Both the position numbers and the translations under genes were made by a program. DNA of 64,000 nucleotides from Alphaproteobacteria bacterium (GTDB taxonomy: Bacteria; Pseudomonadota; Alphaproteobacteria; JAAXGF01), in assembly GCA_963555825.3 (NCBI GenBank), contig CAUVXB020000002.1, forward strand, positions 1,344,001 through 1,408,000, given 5' to 3'. A model generated the notes under the pieces. The model ran no database searches. It was not told the origin of the DNA and saw nothing but the letters and a program-made list of their open reading frames with translations. The stretch's first letter is position 1. Every line of letters starts with the position of its first letter. Below, piece by piece: positions 63,913 through 64,000 of the stretch.

Positions 63913-64000
63913 GCCGGCACGACGCCATCATCGTCGGCGGCGGCCCAGCCGGGCTCTCCGCCGCTCGGGCGCTGCGCGAGGCGGGCGTGGACGACGTGGT
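63909..64000 (+). CDS. NAD(P)/FAD-dependent oxidoreductase, partial
   Basis: GTG start; IIVGGGPAGLSAA. Confidence 0.75.
   Translation, partial: MSRHDAIIVGGGPAGLSAARALREAGVDDV

Overview
High-GC window, probably alphaproteobacterial (inferred from rpoH, purA-hisZ-serA-serC, bmt and DUF1194-type genes). Housekeeping and transport genes occupy about 1-19 kb and 41.4-57.3 kb. An IS-rich accessory region (about 19.1-41.4 kb) ends at a tRNA-Lys 3' end and holds two inverted IS21 copies, an IS3/IS481-like element with a 14-bp target duplication, ISKra4, IS1595, IS1380, IS1182, an IS1182-type MITE and an IS110/IS1111. IS256 and a second IS110/IS1111 lie at 57.3-61.2 kb. The strongest signal is the two IS110/IS1111 elements. 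Their downstream non-coding regions carry bridge/seekRNA-like loops whose guide segments match the donor junction and the target by eye. One element sits inside the terminal inverted repeat of the MITE. Both show tandem amplification anchored at the RNA-encoding end (3x203 bp; 4x66 bp plus an 872-bp duplication). Other candidates are a three-gene operon (unknown protein, Xre, RES), a HIT gene bracketed by direct repeats, and a GC-hairpin repeat family that enters ORFs. All calls come from reading the sequence; no searches were run.
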